Shown: positions 40,050 through 49,929 of the stretch, in pieces
How the letters are laid out: the number at the start of each line of letters is the position of its first letter
How positions within the stretch are numbered: position 1 is the stretch's first letter
NCBI GenBank assembly: GCA_963666975.2
Contig: CAXVYR010000004.1
Location: 1,536,001-1,600,000, forward strand
DNA from: Terriglobia bacterium
GTDB taxonomy: Bacteria > Acidobacteriota > Terriglobia > 2-12-FULL-54-10
Length of the DNA stretch: 64,000 nucleotides
Direction: 5' to 3'
The notes under the pieces: model-generated
The model's input: the letters and a program-made list of their open reading frames with translations, nothing else
The model's database searches: none
Told to the model about the DNA's origin: nothing
Program-made: the position numbers and the translations under genes

Positions 40050-40209
40050 GGCTCTATTCTACTTCGCCACGCGAAATGTGGCAACGGAAACACCGCCCAA
40101 AACTCTTGTTTCTGGGGACGCTCCCGGGTTTATAATCCTCTCTCTCTCCGGATACCGGCTGCCGGGAAGGAGCCTGCAGGAGAAATTCCCCAGGGGAAAT
40201 CAATCAGCA

Positions 40210-41136
40210 GTGAAACGTCCTGTCAAAACCAGACAATCTGTGAGCAAGAAATCGAAGAGCAAGAAACGGAAAGCTCCGCCAAGCAAAGTAAAGCTGCCGC
40301 GCCGCCGCGGGACAGGCCTCGAACGCAGCCGCAGCGGACAGCTTGCGGACCGCAAGGATTTTCCCGTTCAGGTCCGCGACGGGGAAAAGTTGCATGAGGA
40401 TGTGTTTGGCACGGAACATCTGGCAGGCGCCATCGCCCACGAGTTGCGACAGCCGTTGAGCGTCATCCAGAACATTGCCGCTTATCTGCGGGCTACGGTT
40501 CCCTCTCGGAACGGGGCTGTTTTGAAACAGCTGAAGACGCTGGAACAACAAACGGCGATGGCAGGGGAAATCCTTTCCAGCATGCTCGAGTTCGCCCGCT
40601 CCGGCAAGCCCACAATAGCGCCCACCGACCTGCATGCGGTCCTTAAGAATGTTCTGAGCCGCGCTTCGTTGGGTCTCTCAGGGGGTCTCTCGCGGGATCG
40701 CGTGCGGGGCCTCTCACGGGGTCTCTCGCGTTCCTCATTGCCCTCCTCGCAACTCCGGCTGAAGCAGAGCTTGGCCCGGCGGCTGCCGCCGGTGCTGGCC
40801 GACCCCGTGCATGTGGACCGGATCCTCTCCAACCTGATTGCCAACGGGGTGGAGAGCATGAAGCGAAGGGAGAAAAGGAACGCGCCGGGAATCCTCTCGG
40901 TCGCCACCGAGGCCGAAGGCAGGGAGGTTGTGGTGCGTGTTGCCGACACCGGCTGCGGCATCGCTCCCGCTCAGGCAAGGAAAATCTTCGAACCGTTCTT
41001 CACCACCAAGCAGACAGGGACGGGCCTGGGACTTGCCCTCTGCCGTCGAATGGCCGAGGCCAACGGCGGCAGCATCGGTTTCCAAAGCCGTCTGGGCAAG
41101 GGGACTACCTTCGAGCTGCGCCTGCCGAAGGCTTGA
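40210..41136 (+). CDS. Cytoplasmic histidine kinase (HisKA + HATPase_c, no sensor domain)
   Basis: AIAHELRQPL, NLIAN, DTGCGI, FEPFFTTK and GTGLGL; basic N-terminus; start uncertain. Confidence 0.85.
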   Translation: MKRPVKTRQSVSKKSKSKKRKAPPSKVKLPRRRGTGLERSRSGQLADRKDFPVQVRDGEKLHEDVFGTEHLAGAIAHELRQPLSVIQNIAAYLRATVPSRNGAVLKQLKTLEQQTAMAGEILSSMLEFARSGKPTIAPTDLHAVLKNVLSRASLGLSGGLSRDRVRGLSRGLSRSSLPSSQLRLKQSLARRLPPVLADPVHVDRILSNLIANGVESMKRREKRNAPGILSVATEAEGREVVVRVADTGCGIAPAQARKIFEPFFTTKQTGTGLGLALCRRMAEANGGSIGFQSRLGKGTTFELRLPKA

Positions 41137-41155
41137 GGGTCTGTGTAAAAGGAAA

Positions 41156-41265
41156 TCCGAGCCTGCCTGCGGTCCAGAGGACCTTCGGTCCGGCGGGCCG
41201 CGAGAGCCTGCCCCGAGCCTTGTCCCGAGAGAAACCGAGGGAAGAGTCGAGGGGTGAGGGGCGGT
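41156..41265. repeat. Nested REP-like composite
   Basis: The first part matches 17193-17240 and the second matches 25489-25535. Confidence 0.75.
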
Positions 41266-41296
41266 CCTAACTGCTCAGTGATGCTTCATTTCCTTG

Positions 41297-41632
41297 CTAC
41301 CCGCCAGGAGCGCACTCCGCGCAAGGGCAGATATCCCGCAGGTGATCGAAGGAGTAAAGGCCGGTGCTGTGGCCATCGGTCCAAAGGAAACGCACGGCGT
41401 AGCGGCCCACCGTTTCGGCGTTGGTCAGCCGCGCGGCCGGTTTGAACATGAGAAGCGGGCTGGGGCTGAGCGGTTGTGAAGAATGCTCTTCGCCCCGGCA
41501 ACTGGCGCAGGGACAGTTCTGCCGCAGGTGATCGAGCGGATAGTGGCTCTTGTGGCCGTCCCCCCAGGTGATGTCCACGCCCTGGCTCAGGGAGATGTCG
41601 ATGTGGGTCGGGTCAGTGTTCTTTCCTGCCAT
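41297..41632 (-). CDS. DUF971 / GBBH-like N-terminal domain protein
   Basis: WGDGH, LRQNCPCASC, VGRYAV and DGHSTGLYSF. Confidence 0.88.
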   Translation of the reverse strand: MAGKNTDPTHIDISLSQGVDITWGDGHKSHYPLDHLRQNCPCASCRGEEHSSQPLSPSPLLMFKPAARLTNAETVGRYAVRFLWTDGHSTGLYSFDHLRDICPCAECAPGG

Positions 41633-41774
41633 GAATGGATTTTACACGCTCTCTGACACCGCATCAATGAGGGGGACCGTTTCCGGAGGGTTGTTTGCTT
41701 CCGGGGCCGCGAACAGGTACAGGCGGGAAAGCAGCATCCTCGCCTTCAGACGGACGGTCTTGCTTCCGCTGCAA

Positions 41775-42182
41775 CTATTCCCCAATCACGTCAAAGTTGG
41801 TGGAGCCCGACACGCGTACTTTGGACCAGACCTCGGCCCAGGGAGCGCGTGTGGGGTGGCTCGAATAGCCGACTTTGGAATCCAGGTCGTCAAATTCCAG
41901 CACCAAGCCGTAGGTCCGCTCGGCATCCCCGTGTACCAGCGGACGGCTGAGCTTTCCCACCCAGGCCCTTTGCAGTCCGGGCATCACCTCAACCAGATGT
42001 TCGGTCGCCTGCTTAAAATCTTCAAAAGCCTGCGGTGTGGCGTTTTCCTGCGGCGTCCAGGCAACGGCATGAATGGTGGTTTTCTGAGTGGTTCCCCCGG
42101 CCTGCCCGGCCAGATACCCCGCCACGAACAGCATGCTTCCGATCACCAAAAGTACGGTCTTTCCATTTCGCAATGGGCGCAT
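41775..42182 (-). CDS. Secreted Dabb (stress-responsive A/B barrel)-like protein
   Basis: Signal peptide; MPGLQRAWVGK...YGLVLEFDD...YSSHP; paralog of the next gene. Confidence 0.65.
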   Translation of the reverse strand: MRPLRNGKTVLLVIGSMLFVAGYLAGQAGGTTQKTTIHAVAWTPQENATPQAFEDFKQATEHLVEVMPGLQRAWVGKLSRPLVHGDAERTYGLVLEFDDLDSKVGYSSHPTRAPWAEVWSKVRVSGSTNFDVIGE

Positions 42183-42408
42183 ATGGATATTCCTCTCCTC
42201 TAGGTTTTCAGGATATCGGTGGCACGATTGTACTCTCAGGGCGGAAGGCGTCGCCAGTTATTTTTGACGGCTGCCTGCGGCCAATAGGCGAGGTTGGAGC
42301 GTGGCAGACAAATGGTTCGCGGTCTTGTTGGGAACCGGCTCCAGTTTGCCACGCTCGTCTAGGAAGGAATCAACAAGTGTTTCAGTCAGACGGTCTGCTG
42401 ACGCGCGC

Positions 42409-42846
42409 TTATTCACCCAGGATGTCAAAGGTGGTCGTGCCCAGCACGCGCACACGGTCATAGACCTCAACCCAGGCGTCGTGTGCGGGGTGGTCCGCAT
42501 AAACGGCCAGAGCCGCCTCGTCGTCGAATTCCATCGCCACGCCGTGAGTCCGCTCGCTGGTTCCCTGAGTGAGCGGACGGAGGAGCTTGCCCACCCAAAC
42601 TTTCCTCAGGCCGGGAATCTTGCCGACCATATCCGCCGTCGCATTCTTAAACGCCTCAAAGTCCTCTTTCGTGGCTTCCTCGATGGCCGTATAGGCAAAG
42701 GCGTGCAGGAGCGCTTTTTCAGTTGTGCCCGACTGGGCCGTGGCCGTCTGGTCTGTGGCTATCTCCTGTCCCACCTGGCAGCCGGCCACAAATAACAAGC
42801 ACCCGACCACCAGAGACAAATTCTTCCCGCCAAGCAATTTTCGCAT
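42409..42846 (-). CDS. Dabb-family putative lipoprotein
   Basis: Lipobox VAGC; IPGLRKVWVGK...HGVAMEFDDEAALAVYADHPAH. Confidence 0.72.
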   Translation of the reverse strand: MRKLLGGKNLSLVVGCLLFVAGCQVGQEIATDQTATAQSGTTEKALLHAFAYTAIEEATKEDFEAFKNATADMVGKIPGLRKVWVGKLLRPLTQGTSERTHGVAMEFDDEAALAVYADHPAHDAWVEVYDRVRVLGTTTFDILGE

Positions 42847-42985
42847 GAGTCCTCCAGTGTGTGATATGTGATGGTGGAAAGATTTTACCAATATAGAGAG
42901 GCCGGTTTCCGATTTTTTTTGAGTGGCGAGCCGGGACGCGGCGGCAGAGGCGGGAGATGAAAGATGGAGGAGAGAGGGGGGAGAC

Positions 42986-44521
42986 CTAGCGCGGGAAGCG
43001 CACCGAATCGAGCATCTGCTGAAACACCGGCTCCCAGGCGGCGAAATTCCGCTCGGGCGCGATAAACACAATGTACCAGAGCCCCTCGGGCCGGAAGGTG
43101 GTCACGATCCAGTTGACCTCTGTTTCGTCCACGATGGGGGATTGCCCCAGGGCCGTCACGGAAAGCAGCTCCTGGCGGCCGCTGGACCTTTGCGAGCGGC
43201 GGATGACGCGCAGGTTCGGGTTGCTTCGTTGCAGTTCGCGGATCAACTGATCGGTGGCGTTCGAGAGAGTCAGCCGCCGGCCACGCCGTTGCGCCGGTTC
43301 GTAGACGCTCATCATGGCGCCGTAGGCGATCGCCGGCAAAGCGTTCTCGCTTGCCCGGATGATTCCCTGCGGAGGCACCATCGTGAGGGTTGAGGTTCCC
43401 TCTCCGTAGACATCCCAGTTGTCGGGGTAGCCGATGCTGAAAAAATCCGCGTTGAAGTACTGAAACCGCCGGGAGGGCTCTTCCGGTTGGGACGGTTCGA
43501 GCCCCCCGGAGCCCGAGCGCGGCCTTTGGGCAGGCTCCGCATCCGCCAGCTCTGTGGTTCTGCGTTTCATCCTCTCGAATTCGGAGTTGCGGTCGCTAAA
43601 ACTCTTGCGAGGACCGAGCGAGGGAATCAGGTCCAATACGTCCGTCTGCCGGTTTCCCGGATTGGGGTGGCTGGCAAGAAACTCTATACCGCGGTTACCG
43701 CTTTCCGCCTCGATGATCTCGAAGAACTGCGCCATGGCTCTCGGATCATAACCCGCATCGTATAGCATTTGCGCGCCCTGCTGGTCGGCCTGGCGCTCTG
43801 CCGAGCGAGAGAACTTCAAAAAAACCGAGTTGAGGCCAAAGCCGATCCCCAACTGCGCCAGCTGGCCTCCGATTCCTCCCCCGGAGAGGATGCCCCCAAG
43901 GATCGCCAGCGGGGCCTGGGCCAGCATGGCTTTGGAGGCTTGATTGGTGGAGTGGCGCAGGGCCACGTGGGAGATTTCGTGCGCCAGCACGCCGGCCAGT
44001 TGCGCTTCGCTCTCAGCCGACAGGATGATTCCAGTGTGTATATAGATGGGGCCGCCGGGAAGGGCGAAGGCGTTGATTTCTTTTGCGTTCACCAGGCTGA
44101 ACCGGTAAGGATAACGGTGTCCGGGAGCGAACCCGGCGAGCTTCTGTCCCAGGCGGTTGATGTAGTCGTTCAACTGTGAATCGGAGACCAGGGCGAGTTC
44201 TTTTTCCATTTCCGCCGCGGCGTCTTTTCCGAGTTGAATATCTTGATCAGGCTTGAAGGTGTTGAAGCCGGGTTTGTGCTCCACGCGGGCGTGGAGAGGG
44301 ATTGCCGCCAGACAAAGAAACCAGAGCAGCAGACTGGCCGCGCCTGCAAAGGTTCCCGGCGCGCTTGCCGGTCTTGCTTTTCGTGAATGGGACACTTTAT
44401 TCACAGACGTCACTCTATACACAGGCGTCACCTTATACACAGGCGTCACCCGGCAAAAAGGAAGGCGCAGAAGCTGCACCTGGAACAGGCAAATTTTGCC
44501 TCCGGGCGGCGTGTTTTGCAA
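42986..44521 (-). CDS. M48-family zinc metalloprotease with a C-terminal extension
   Basis: INAFALPGG, LAHEISH, FSRSAERQAD and ASHPNPGNR; the true start is probably near 44400-44450. Confidence 0.88.
   Translation of the reverse strand: MQNTPPGGKICLFQVQLLRLPFCRVTPVYKVTPVYRVTSVNKVSHSRKARPASAPGTFAGAASLLLWFLCLAAIPLHARVEHKPGFNTFKPDQDIQLGKDAAAEMEKELALVSDSQLNDYINRLGQKLAGFAPGHRYPYRFSLVNAKEINAFALPGGPIYIHTGIILSAESEAQLAGVLAHEISHVALRHSTNQASKAMLAQAPLAILGGILSGGGIGGQLAQLGIGFGLNSVFLKFSRSAERQADQQGAQMLYDAGYDPRAMAQFFEIIEAESGNRGIEFLASHPNPGNRQTDVLDLIPSLGPRKSFSDRNSEFERMKRRTTELADAEPAQRPRSGSGGLEPSQPEEPSRRFQYFNADFFSIGYPDNWDVYGEGTSTLTMVPPQGIIRASENALPAIAYGAMMSVYEPAQRRGRRLTLSNATDQLIRELQRSNPNLRVIRRSQRSSGRQELLSVTALGQSPIVDETEVNWIVTTFRPEGLWYIVFIAPERNFAAWEPVFQQMLDSVRFPR
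44391..44450. repeat. 18-nt tandem repeat x3.3
   Basis: GACACTTTATTCACAGAC / GTCACTCTATACACAGGC / GTCACCTTATACACAGGC / GTCACC. Confidence 0.8.
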
Positions 44522-44651
44522 GCGGAACTTTCCTGAGATGCTGGTTTGGAGTGCTGGTCTGAGGGTCGCGTCCTATCGTCCGCATGCTCCCGTTGTTCAG
44601 TTCCCATTTTAGGTTCAAGGCCCGGAGCTGTTGGAGCGAGCCTTCGGGCAG

Positions 44652-45875
44652 TTAATTACTTACTGCGCGGGGTGCGGAGACCTCCGCAGAACGATCCCGT
44701 GCTCTGGTCATCCGGGAAGCCGACCCGTTGCGGGCACGGGCGGGTCGGGTCTTTGGCGTCCAGGGAAGCACACGGTCGGCGCGCGCGTCTTTTACAAAAG
44801 CAAGTTCGTTTCCGCCCGGTTGCGCTCCCACCAGCAGAGAATCGCCCAAACCAATCTGGTCGGTCGCCATCAAGTGGGCCAGCGGGTCCACCAAGTGCCG
44901 TTCAATGGAGCGTTTCAGATGCCGTGCGCCATACTTCGCGTCCATTCCGTCCTCCAGCAGGAATTGCTTTGCCTCCGGAGCGCAGGAGAAAAAGAACCGT
45001 TTCCCGCCGGTGGAGTCCAGCATTCGCTGCTGCACCCTGGCGAGTTCAATGTCCAGCACTCGCTCCAGATTAGCTTGATTGAGGTTTCGGAAGACGACCG
45101 TCTTGTCAATGCGGTTGATGAACTCGGGCGAAAATTTTCTCCGGGCAGCTTCCAAAGCCGTGTTCTGCACCTTTTGCTCCAGGCGCTCGTCCGGCTCCAG
45201 GGGCTGCTGGCCAAACCCGATGCCGCCCAGCAGCATGTTGCTGATCTCGGCGCCGCCCAGGTTGCTCGTCATGAAGATGATTGTTTGCGAAAAGTCCACT
45301 TTCCGGTTGTCTCCCAGCGTCAGCGTCGCTTTATCCAGGATACCAAGCAGCAACTGCCAGAGGGAGTCGCTGGCCTTTTCGATTTCATCCAGCAGCACCA
45401 GGGAAAGCTTCATGTCGTCTCTGTGCCACTGGTTCAAAGACTCCTGGGTCAGCACGGGGTGTGTTTCTCTGTGCCCCAAATAGCCCGGCGGCGAGCCGAT
45501 CAGCTTGGCGATCTCGTGGCTGTGCTGAAATTCGGCGCAGTCAATCTTGATCATCGCGCGGCTGTCGCCCAGCAATGTCTCGGCTGTGGCCTCCACAACT
45601 CTTGTTTTTCCGGATCCAGTGGGGCCCAGAAACAACAGGTTGCCCACGGGACGGTTGGCTGCATTCATTCCTGCCAGGAAGATTTGATATACCGAGGCGA
45701 TCGCCTTGATGGCGTCATCCTGGCCAACGATCTTCGCCCGCAGCGACTCTTCCAATTCCCTGGCCCGGGAGCTTTTCCGCTTGGGGTCCAATGTCATTTT
45801 GGTAGCTGCTGATTTCATCATTATGTTCTCCCTGCCTGATCCTGAAGCAATCTGCATGCCGTTTCCGTTTGCCAC
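44652..45875 (-). CDS. Stand-alone Clp-type AAA+ ATPase (D2 module only)
   Basis: GPTGSGKT, LIGSPPGYLG, LLDEIEKA, MTSNLG, FSPEFINRID and YGARHLKR; no N-domain or D1. Confidence 0.88.
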   Translation of the reverse strand: MANGNGMQIASGSGRENIMMKSAATKMTLDPKRKSSRARELEESLRAKIVGQDDAIKAIASVYQIFLAGMNAANRPVGNLLFLGPTGSGKTRVVEATAETLLGDSRAMIKIDCAEFQHSHEIAKLIGSPPGYLGHRETHPVLTQESLNQWHRDDMKLSLVLLDEIEKASDSLWQLLLGILDKATLTLGDNRKVDFSQTIIFMTSNLGGAEISNMLLGGIGFGQQPLEPDERLEQKVQNTALEAARRKFSPEFINRIDKTVVFRNLNQANLERVLDIELARVQQRMLDSTGGKRFFFSCAPEAKQFLLEDGMDAKYGARHLKRSIERHLVDPLAHLMATDQIGLGDSLLVGAQPGGNELAFVKDARADRVLPWTPKTRPARARNGSASRMTRARDRSAEVSAPRAVSN

Positions 45876-46591
45876 TTTATTCCGTCCCAGGGTCTCCTGA
45901 ATTCCTTTTGTTTTCTGCGCTTATAAAGCTAAGCAAGCCCTCTAAGGCCGGATCAGGCCTTGCCACTATCCGTCACCTATCCGGCAAATTTTGGAGGGCA
46001 GTCTGAATTCATTTTAATCTTTCAGCAACCCGCCCCAGTTTGTGTTGCCTTGCTCATCTTTCGCTGCTCAAGCTCCTTTCCCGGAGGTGCCTTCTTATCA
46101 ATCCAGGGAACCATTAAATCCAGAGAACCACGGGATCTGAGCCGCCTCCCACTTGATTTGACGCCGGAAAGGCAATTTAGGCTGCAACGAATTCCAAAAA
46201 AAAAGCGCTTTCTCCCGCCCTCGTCATCAAGTCTTCAGTTTCCCCGGCGTCTGGCGATCGGTTGCGCATTCGGTAACCAGTGCGCCCTCATTAGTAATAT
46301 CGGAGCAATCCTACGTAAAACTTTAGGCTCATCTCGCAAATCCCTGCCTTTTCCGTCACCCCCCCCCGCTTGAAATTGCTGCTTCTGATTGCTCAATCCG
46401 CGCTATAATGTTGTTAGGTAGATAAGAGTTGGCTTAACAACTGCGCGGCTTCGAGTCGTTCGCAAGCGCTGCCTACGCAGCGAGCGAAAAAAAAGTTCCC
46501 CCATGCCGGTTCCACATTTGATAGGTCTGAAACGGGATGGCGGAGGATTCCCGCCGGAAGGTCCGGTTAGTTCAGATAAGGTCTGAGGCAG

Positions 46592-47545
46592 ATGAAGGTG
46601 AAGAAATCGGAAAAGATATGGCATAACGGGCGCTTCATCAATTGGGATGACGCCACCGTGCACGTGCTCTCCCACGTCGTCAATTACGGTTCCTCCTTGT
46701 TTGAAGGAATCCGCTGCTATGCGCTGCCGTCCGGCCCCGCCATCTTCCGTTTGTCGGAACACCTGCAACGGCTGATCAACTCTTGCAAAATTTACCGGAT
46801 GTCGCTCCCGCATTCGCGAGAGGAGATGGAACAGGCCTGCCTGGAGCTGGTGGGAGTGAACGGCCTGCGCCACTGCTATCTTCGTCCCATTGCCCTGCGC
46901 GGGTACGGCGAAATCGGAGTGCATCCCGGCAACACTCCCGTGGAAGTGTTTATCGCCTGCTGGGAGTGGGGAAAGTACCTGGGCTCGGAGGCGGACCAGG
47001 GTGTGGATGTATGCGTTTCTTCCTGGAACCGCATGGCGCCCAATACGCTTCCGGCGATGGCCAAGTCGGCAGCCAACTACATGAACGCCCAGCTCATCCG
47101 GATGGAAGCCGAGGAGAACGGCTACGCCGAAGGCATCGCTCTCGACAGCAGGGGCTTTCTCAGCGAAGGCAGCGGAGAGAATCTCTTCGTGGTCTATGGC
47201 GGGAGGATACTCACGCCTCCCCTGAGCGCCTCCATTCTTCCCGGCATCACCCGCGATACCGTGATCACGCTTTGCCAGGACCTCGGGCTGAAGGTCGAGG
47301 AGCAGGATATCCCCCGGGAGATGCTCTATCTGGCCGATGAGGTTTTTATGGTGGGCACTGCCGCTGAAGTCACGCCGCTGCGGACGGTTGACCGCATCCC
47401 GGTCGGCGACGGCAAGCGCGGCCCCATTACCGAAAAACTGCAGCAGGAATTTTTTGCCATCGTGGAGGGCCGGAAGCAAGATCCCCACGGTTGGATGACT
47501 CCTGTTGTTGCGCCCCGCCCCACAACCGTCGAAGTCAATCGATAA
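46592..47545 (+). CDS. ilvE: Branched-chain amino acid aminotransferase
   Basis: YGSSLFEGIRCY, AKSAANY, EGSGENLF, ILPGITR and GTAAEV motifs. Confidence 0.95.
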   Translation: MKVKKSEKIWHNGRFINWDDATVHVLSHVVNYGSSLFEGIRCYALPSGPAIFRLSEHLQRLINSCKIYRMSLPHSREEMEQACLELVGVNGLRHCYLRPIALRGYGEIGVHPGNTPVEVFIACWEWGKYLGSEADQGVDVCVSSWNRMAPNTLPAMAKSAANYMNAQLIRMEAEENGYAEGIALDSRGFLSEGSGENLFVVYGGRILTPPLSASILPGITRDTVITLCQDLGLKVEEQDIPREMLYLADEVFMVGTAAEVTPLRTVDRIPVGDGKRGPITEKLQQEFFAIVEGRKQDPHGWMTPVVAPRPTTVEVNR

Positions 47546-47783
47546 AATCCTCCCAGATCACGGTTCGGCGTCGTATGTAGAAGCGGCCACTTTGATCGCA
47601 AAGATATTCCCTTGCCGCTTTGCCGGACGGATTGCGCTGCTATTCAGCGGCTTCCTGCCGCCGAGTCCGTTCCACAAAATCCTGAACCGCTCTTGAATAC
47701 GCAGAGATTCTTGGCTAGCATGGAGCACGTTTCCGCAGCCGCTTGCTTTGCCGAACTTAGTTGCGAACACAGGAGCGTGATTC

Positions 47784-49370
47784 TTGCCGAATGGATCTCC
47801 TGCGCGATCCTCCCGCCAGAAGATCGGCCTGGTTCTAGGGATTGTTCTCTTCCTACTCGTGCTGGCCGTCCCCGCGCCGGAGGGAATGTCGCCGGAGGCC
47901 AAGCGTATGGCGGCGGTCGCCGTGTTGATGGGCACATGGTGGATCAGTGAAGCGATTGCCATTGCCCTGACCGCTCTGCTGCCGCTGGCGCTGTTGCCGC
48001 TGCTCGGCATCATGCCGAGCGCGGAAGTGGCTCCCCGCTACACCGATCACGTGATCTTCCTGTTCTTCGGAGGATTCGTCGTCGCCCTCGCCATCCAAAA
48101 ATGGAACTTGCACCGGCGCATCGCTCTGCACACGATTCTGATGGTGGGAGCCGAGCCCACGCGCCTGATGCTGGGCTTCATGCTGGCCGCGGCGTTTCTT
48201 TCCATGTGGATGTCGAACACCGCCTGCGTCATGATGATGTTTCCCATCGGGATGGCCGTGGTCAAGCAATTGGCGGCCGAATCGGCCACGGGCGGCGCGG
48301 CGGACTCGGACGGGCGGCGAGTGCTTGAAAGTTTCGGGCCGGTGCTGATGCTCGGCATCGCTTATGCTGCCAGCATCGGCGGCATCGGCACGCTGATCGG
48401 CACCCCGCCGAACCTGGTTTTTTCCGGAACGGTGCGGAACCTGTTTCCCGAAGCCCCCGAGATCGGGTTTCTCCAATGGATGGGGATCGGGATGCCCGTC
48501 GTGGTGTTGTTTCTTCCCCTCGCCTGGCTCTACCTCTGCCGCTTTGGTGCCAAAGTGCCGCTCCGTCAGATTCGTTTTCCGGGAAGCCAAACGGTCATCC
48601 AGGAGGAGTTACATCAATTGGGAAAGATGACCCCTCCGGAAAAGCGCGTCCTGACGATCTGGTCGGCGATGGCATTTCTGTGGATTTTCCGCAATCCCAT
48701 CAAGCTCGGCGCCATCACCGTGCCCGGCTGGTCGGAGTTGTTCGGGCACCCGGCTTATCTGCACGACGCCACCGTCGCTGTCGCCATGGCCCTGTTATTG
48801 TGCCTGACCCCGGCGGGATCGTCGGGCGGCGCCTCAGAAGCCGGCGGGCACAAACCGTTTTTGATGGATTGGCAGACCATCCGCACGGGGCTTCCCTGGG
48901 GAATCCTGCTGCTGTTCGGCGGGGGGTTCGCCATGGCGGCTGGCTTTCAGCAAACCGGCCTGGCAAGCTGGATCGGTTCGCGGCTCGGCGGGATGGAAGG
49001 ATTTCCGCCCTTGCTGATGATTGTCATCACCTGCCTGGTTTTGACGTTTCTGACCGAGGTGACCTCGAACACTGCCACTGCGACCATGGCCATGCCTGTG
49101 CTAGCCGCAGCTGCGATCCAGATTGGCGTTCATCCCTTTCTATTTATGATCCCGGCCACGATCTCCACCTCCTGCGCCTTTATGCTTCCGGTCTCTACAC
49201 CTCCCAACGCCATTGTGTTCGGCAGCGGATGGGTCACCATCCCGCAGATGGCCCGCGCCGGCATCATGCTCGACTTGGCGGGGGTGGTGATCGTAACTAC
49301 GGTGGCATATTTTCTGGCCGCCACTGTTTTCGGCTTCTCCTTCGGCCAGCTCCCGGTCTGGGCCCGGTAG
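47784..49370 (+). CDS. DASS/SLC13 sodium-coupled anion symporter
   Basis: SMWMSNTA, GTLIGTPPN, TEVTSNTAT and AFMLPVSTPPNAIVF motifs. Confidence 0.93.
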   Translation: MPNGSPARSSRQKIGLVLGIVLFLLVLAVPAPEGMSPEAKRMAAVAVLMGTWWISEAIAIALTALLPLALLPLLGIMPSAEVAPRYTDHVIFLFFGGFVVALAIQKWNLHRRIALHTILMVGAEPTRLMLGFMLAAAFLSMWMSNTACVMMMFPIGMAVVKQLAAESATGGAADSDGRRVLESFGPVLMLGIAYAASIGGIGTLIGTPPNLVFSGTVRNLFPEAPEIGFLQWMGIGMPVVVLFLPLAWLYLCRFGAKVPLRQIRFPGSQTVIQEELHQLGKMTPPEKRVLTIWSAMAFLWIFRNPIKLGAITVPGWSELFGHPAYLHDATVAVAMALLLCLTPAGSSGGASEAGGHKPFLMDWQTIRTGLPWGILLLFGGGFAMAAGFQQTGLASWIGSRLGGMEGFPPLLMIVITCLVLTFLTEVTSNTATATMAMPVLAAAAIQIGVHPFLFMIPATISTSCAFMLPVSTPPNAIVFGSGWVTIPQMARAGIMLDLAGVVIVTTVAYFLAATVFGFSFGQLPVWAR

Positions 49371-49501
49371 TAGGGATTGGCTGGCGTATGCTTCTGGACG
49401 AAGCCGAAGCCCACGATTTGAAATTCCGGATAAAGGCCAACCCTGCGCGAGAAAGGATTATTATCAGGAGAGACCGTAAGGCGAAACCGTAAGGAGAGAC
49501 A

Positions 49502-49905
49502 ATGAGCAGGTATCCAGAATTTACTCTGGCTGCCGTCCAGGCTGCGCCGGTGCTTTTCGACGCGGAGGCGTCGAGAAGTCAAAAGCCGGGCCATCCAAGC
49601 GGACGTAACCTATACCGCTGGGCGGTGATTGATCCGTAGCGGGACGTGGATCAATATCTGGAGGACGCCGCCCGGCGGAATGGCATGCTGGACATATCGA
49701 AGGAGCATTGCATCACCCTCTCGATCATCTCACCCGGTCGCTTGAGGCGCTCGACCCCCAAGCCCCCACCGCCGTCTGTTGCAAAAGCGGCTACCGCTCC
49801 AGCATTGCGTGCACCCTTTTGCAGGCTCGCGGCTTCCGCAATCTCTATAACGTGGTGGGTGGGGTGGACGCCTGGACGGCCAGCGGATTCCCGGTCGTTC
49901 GATAA
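49502..49905 (+). pseudogene. Mosaic remnants: nitrilase N-terminus plus MBL-hydrolase/rhodanese fragments
   Basis: MSRYPEFTLAAVQAAPVLFDAEAS after AAGGAG; AVIDP*RDVDQYLEDA; EWHAGHIEGA...CKSGYRSSIACTLL...GGVDAW. Confidence 0.65.
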
Positions 49906-49929
49906 TTGTTATCCGGGAATTGTCTGATT

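Noticed and set aside
40112-40121. CTGGGGACGC match to the tRNA-Glu 3' end as an att site
   Set aside because: Only 10 bp, upstream of the tRNA, with core genes in between; likely chance.
46400-46590. Leader-peptide attenuator or riboswitch upstream of ilvE
   Set aside because: The mini-ORF MLLGR overlaps the putative -10 box, the hairpin's U-tract is on the opposite strand, and no known riboswitch motif is recognisable.
4569-49639. Stop-codon reassignment suggested by several in-frame TAG/TGA codons
   Set aside because: These stops occur only in decayed genes, while intact genes (glnD, glnB, glnA, lnt, acnA) end at TAG and others at TGA.
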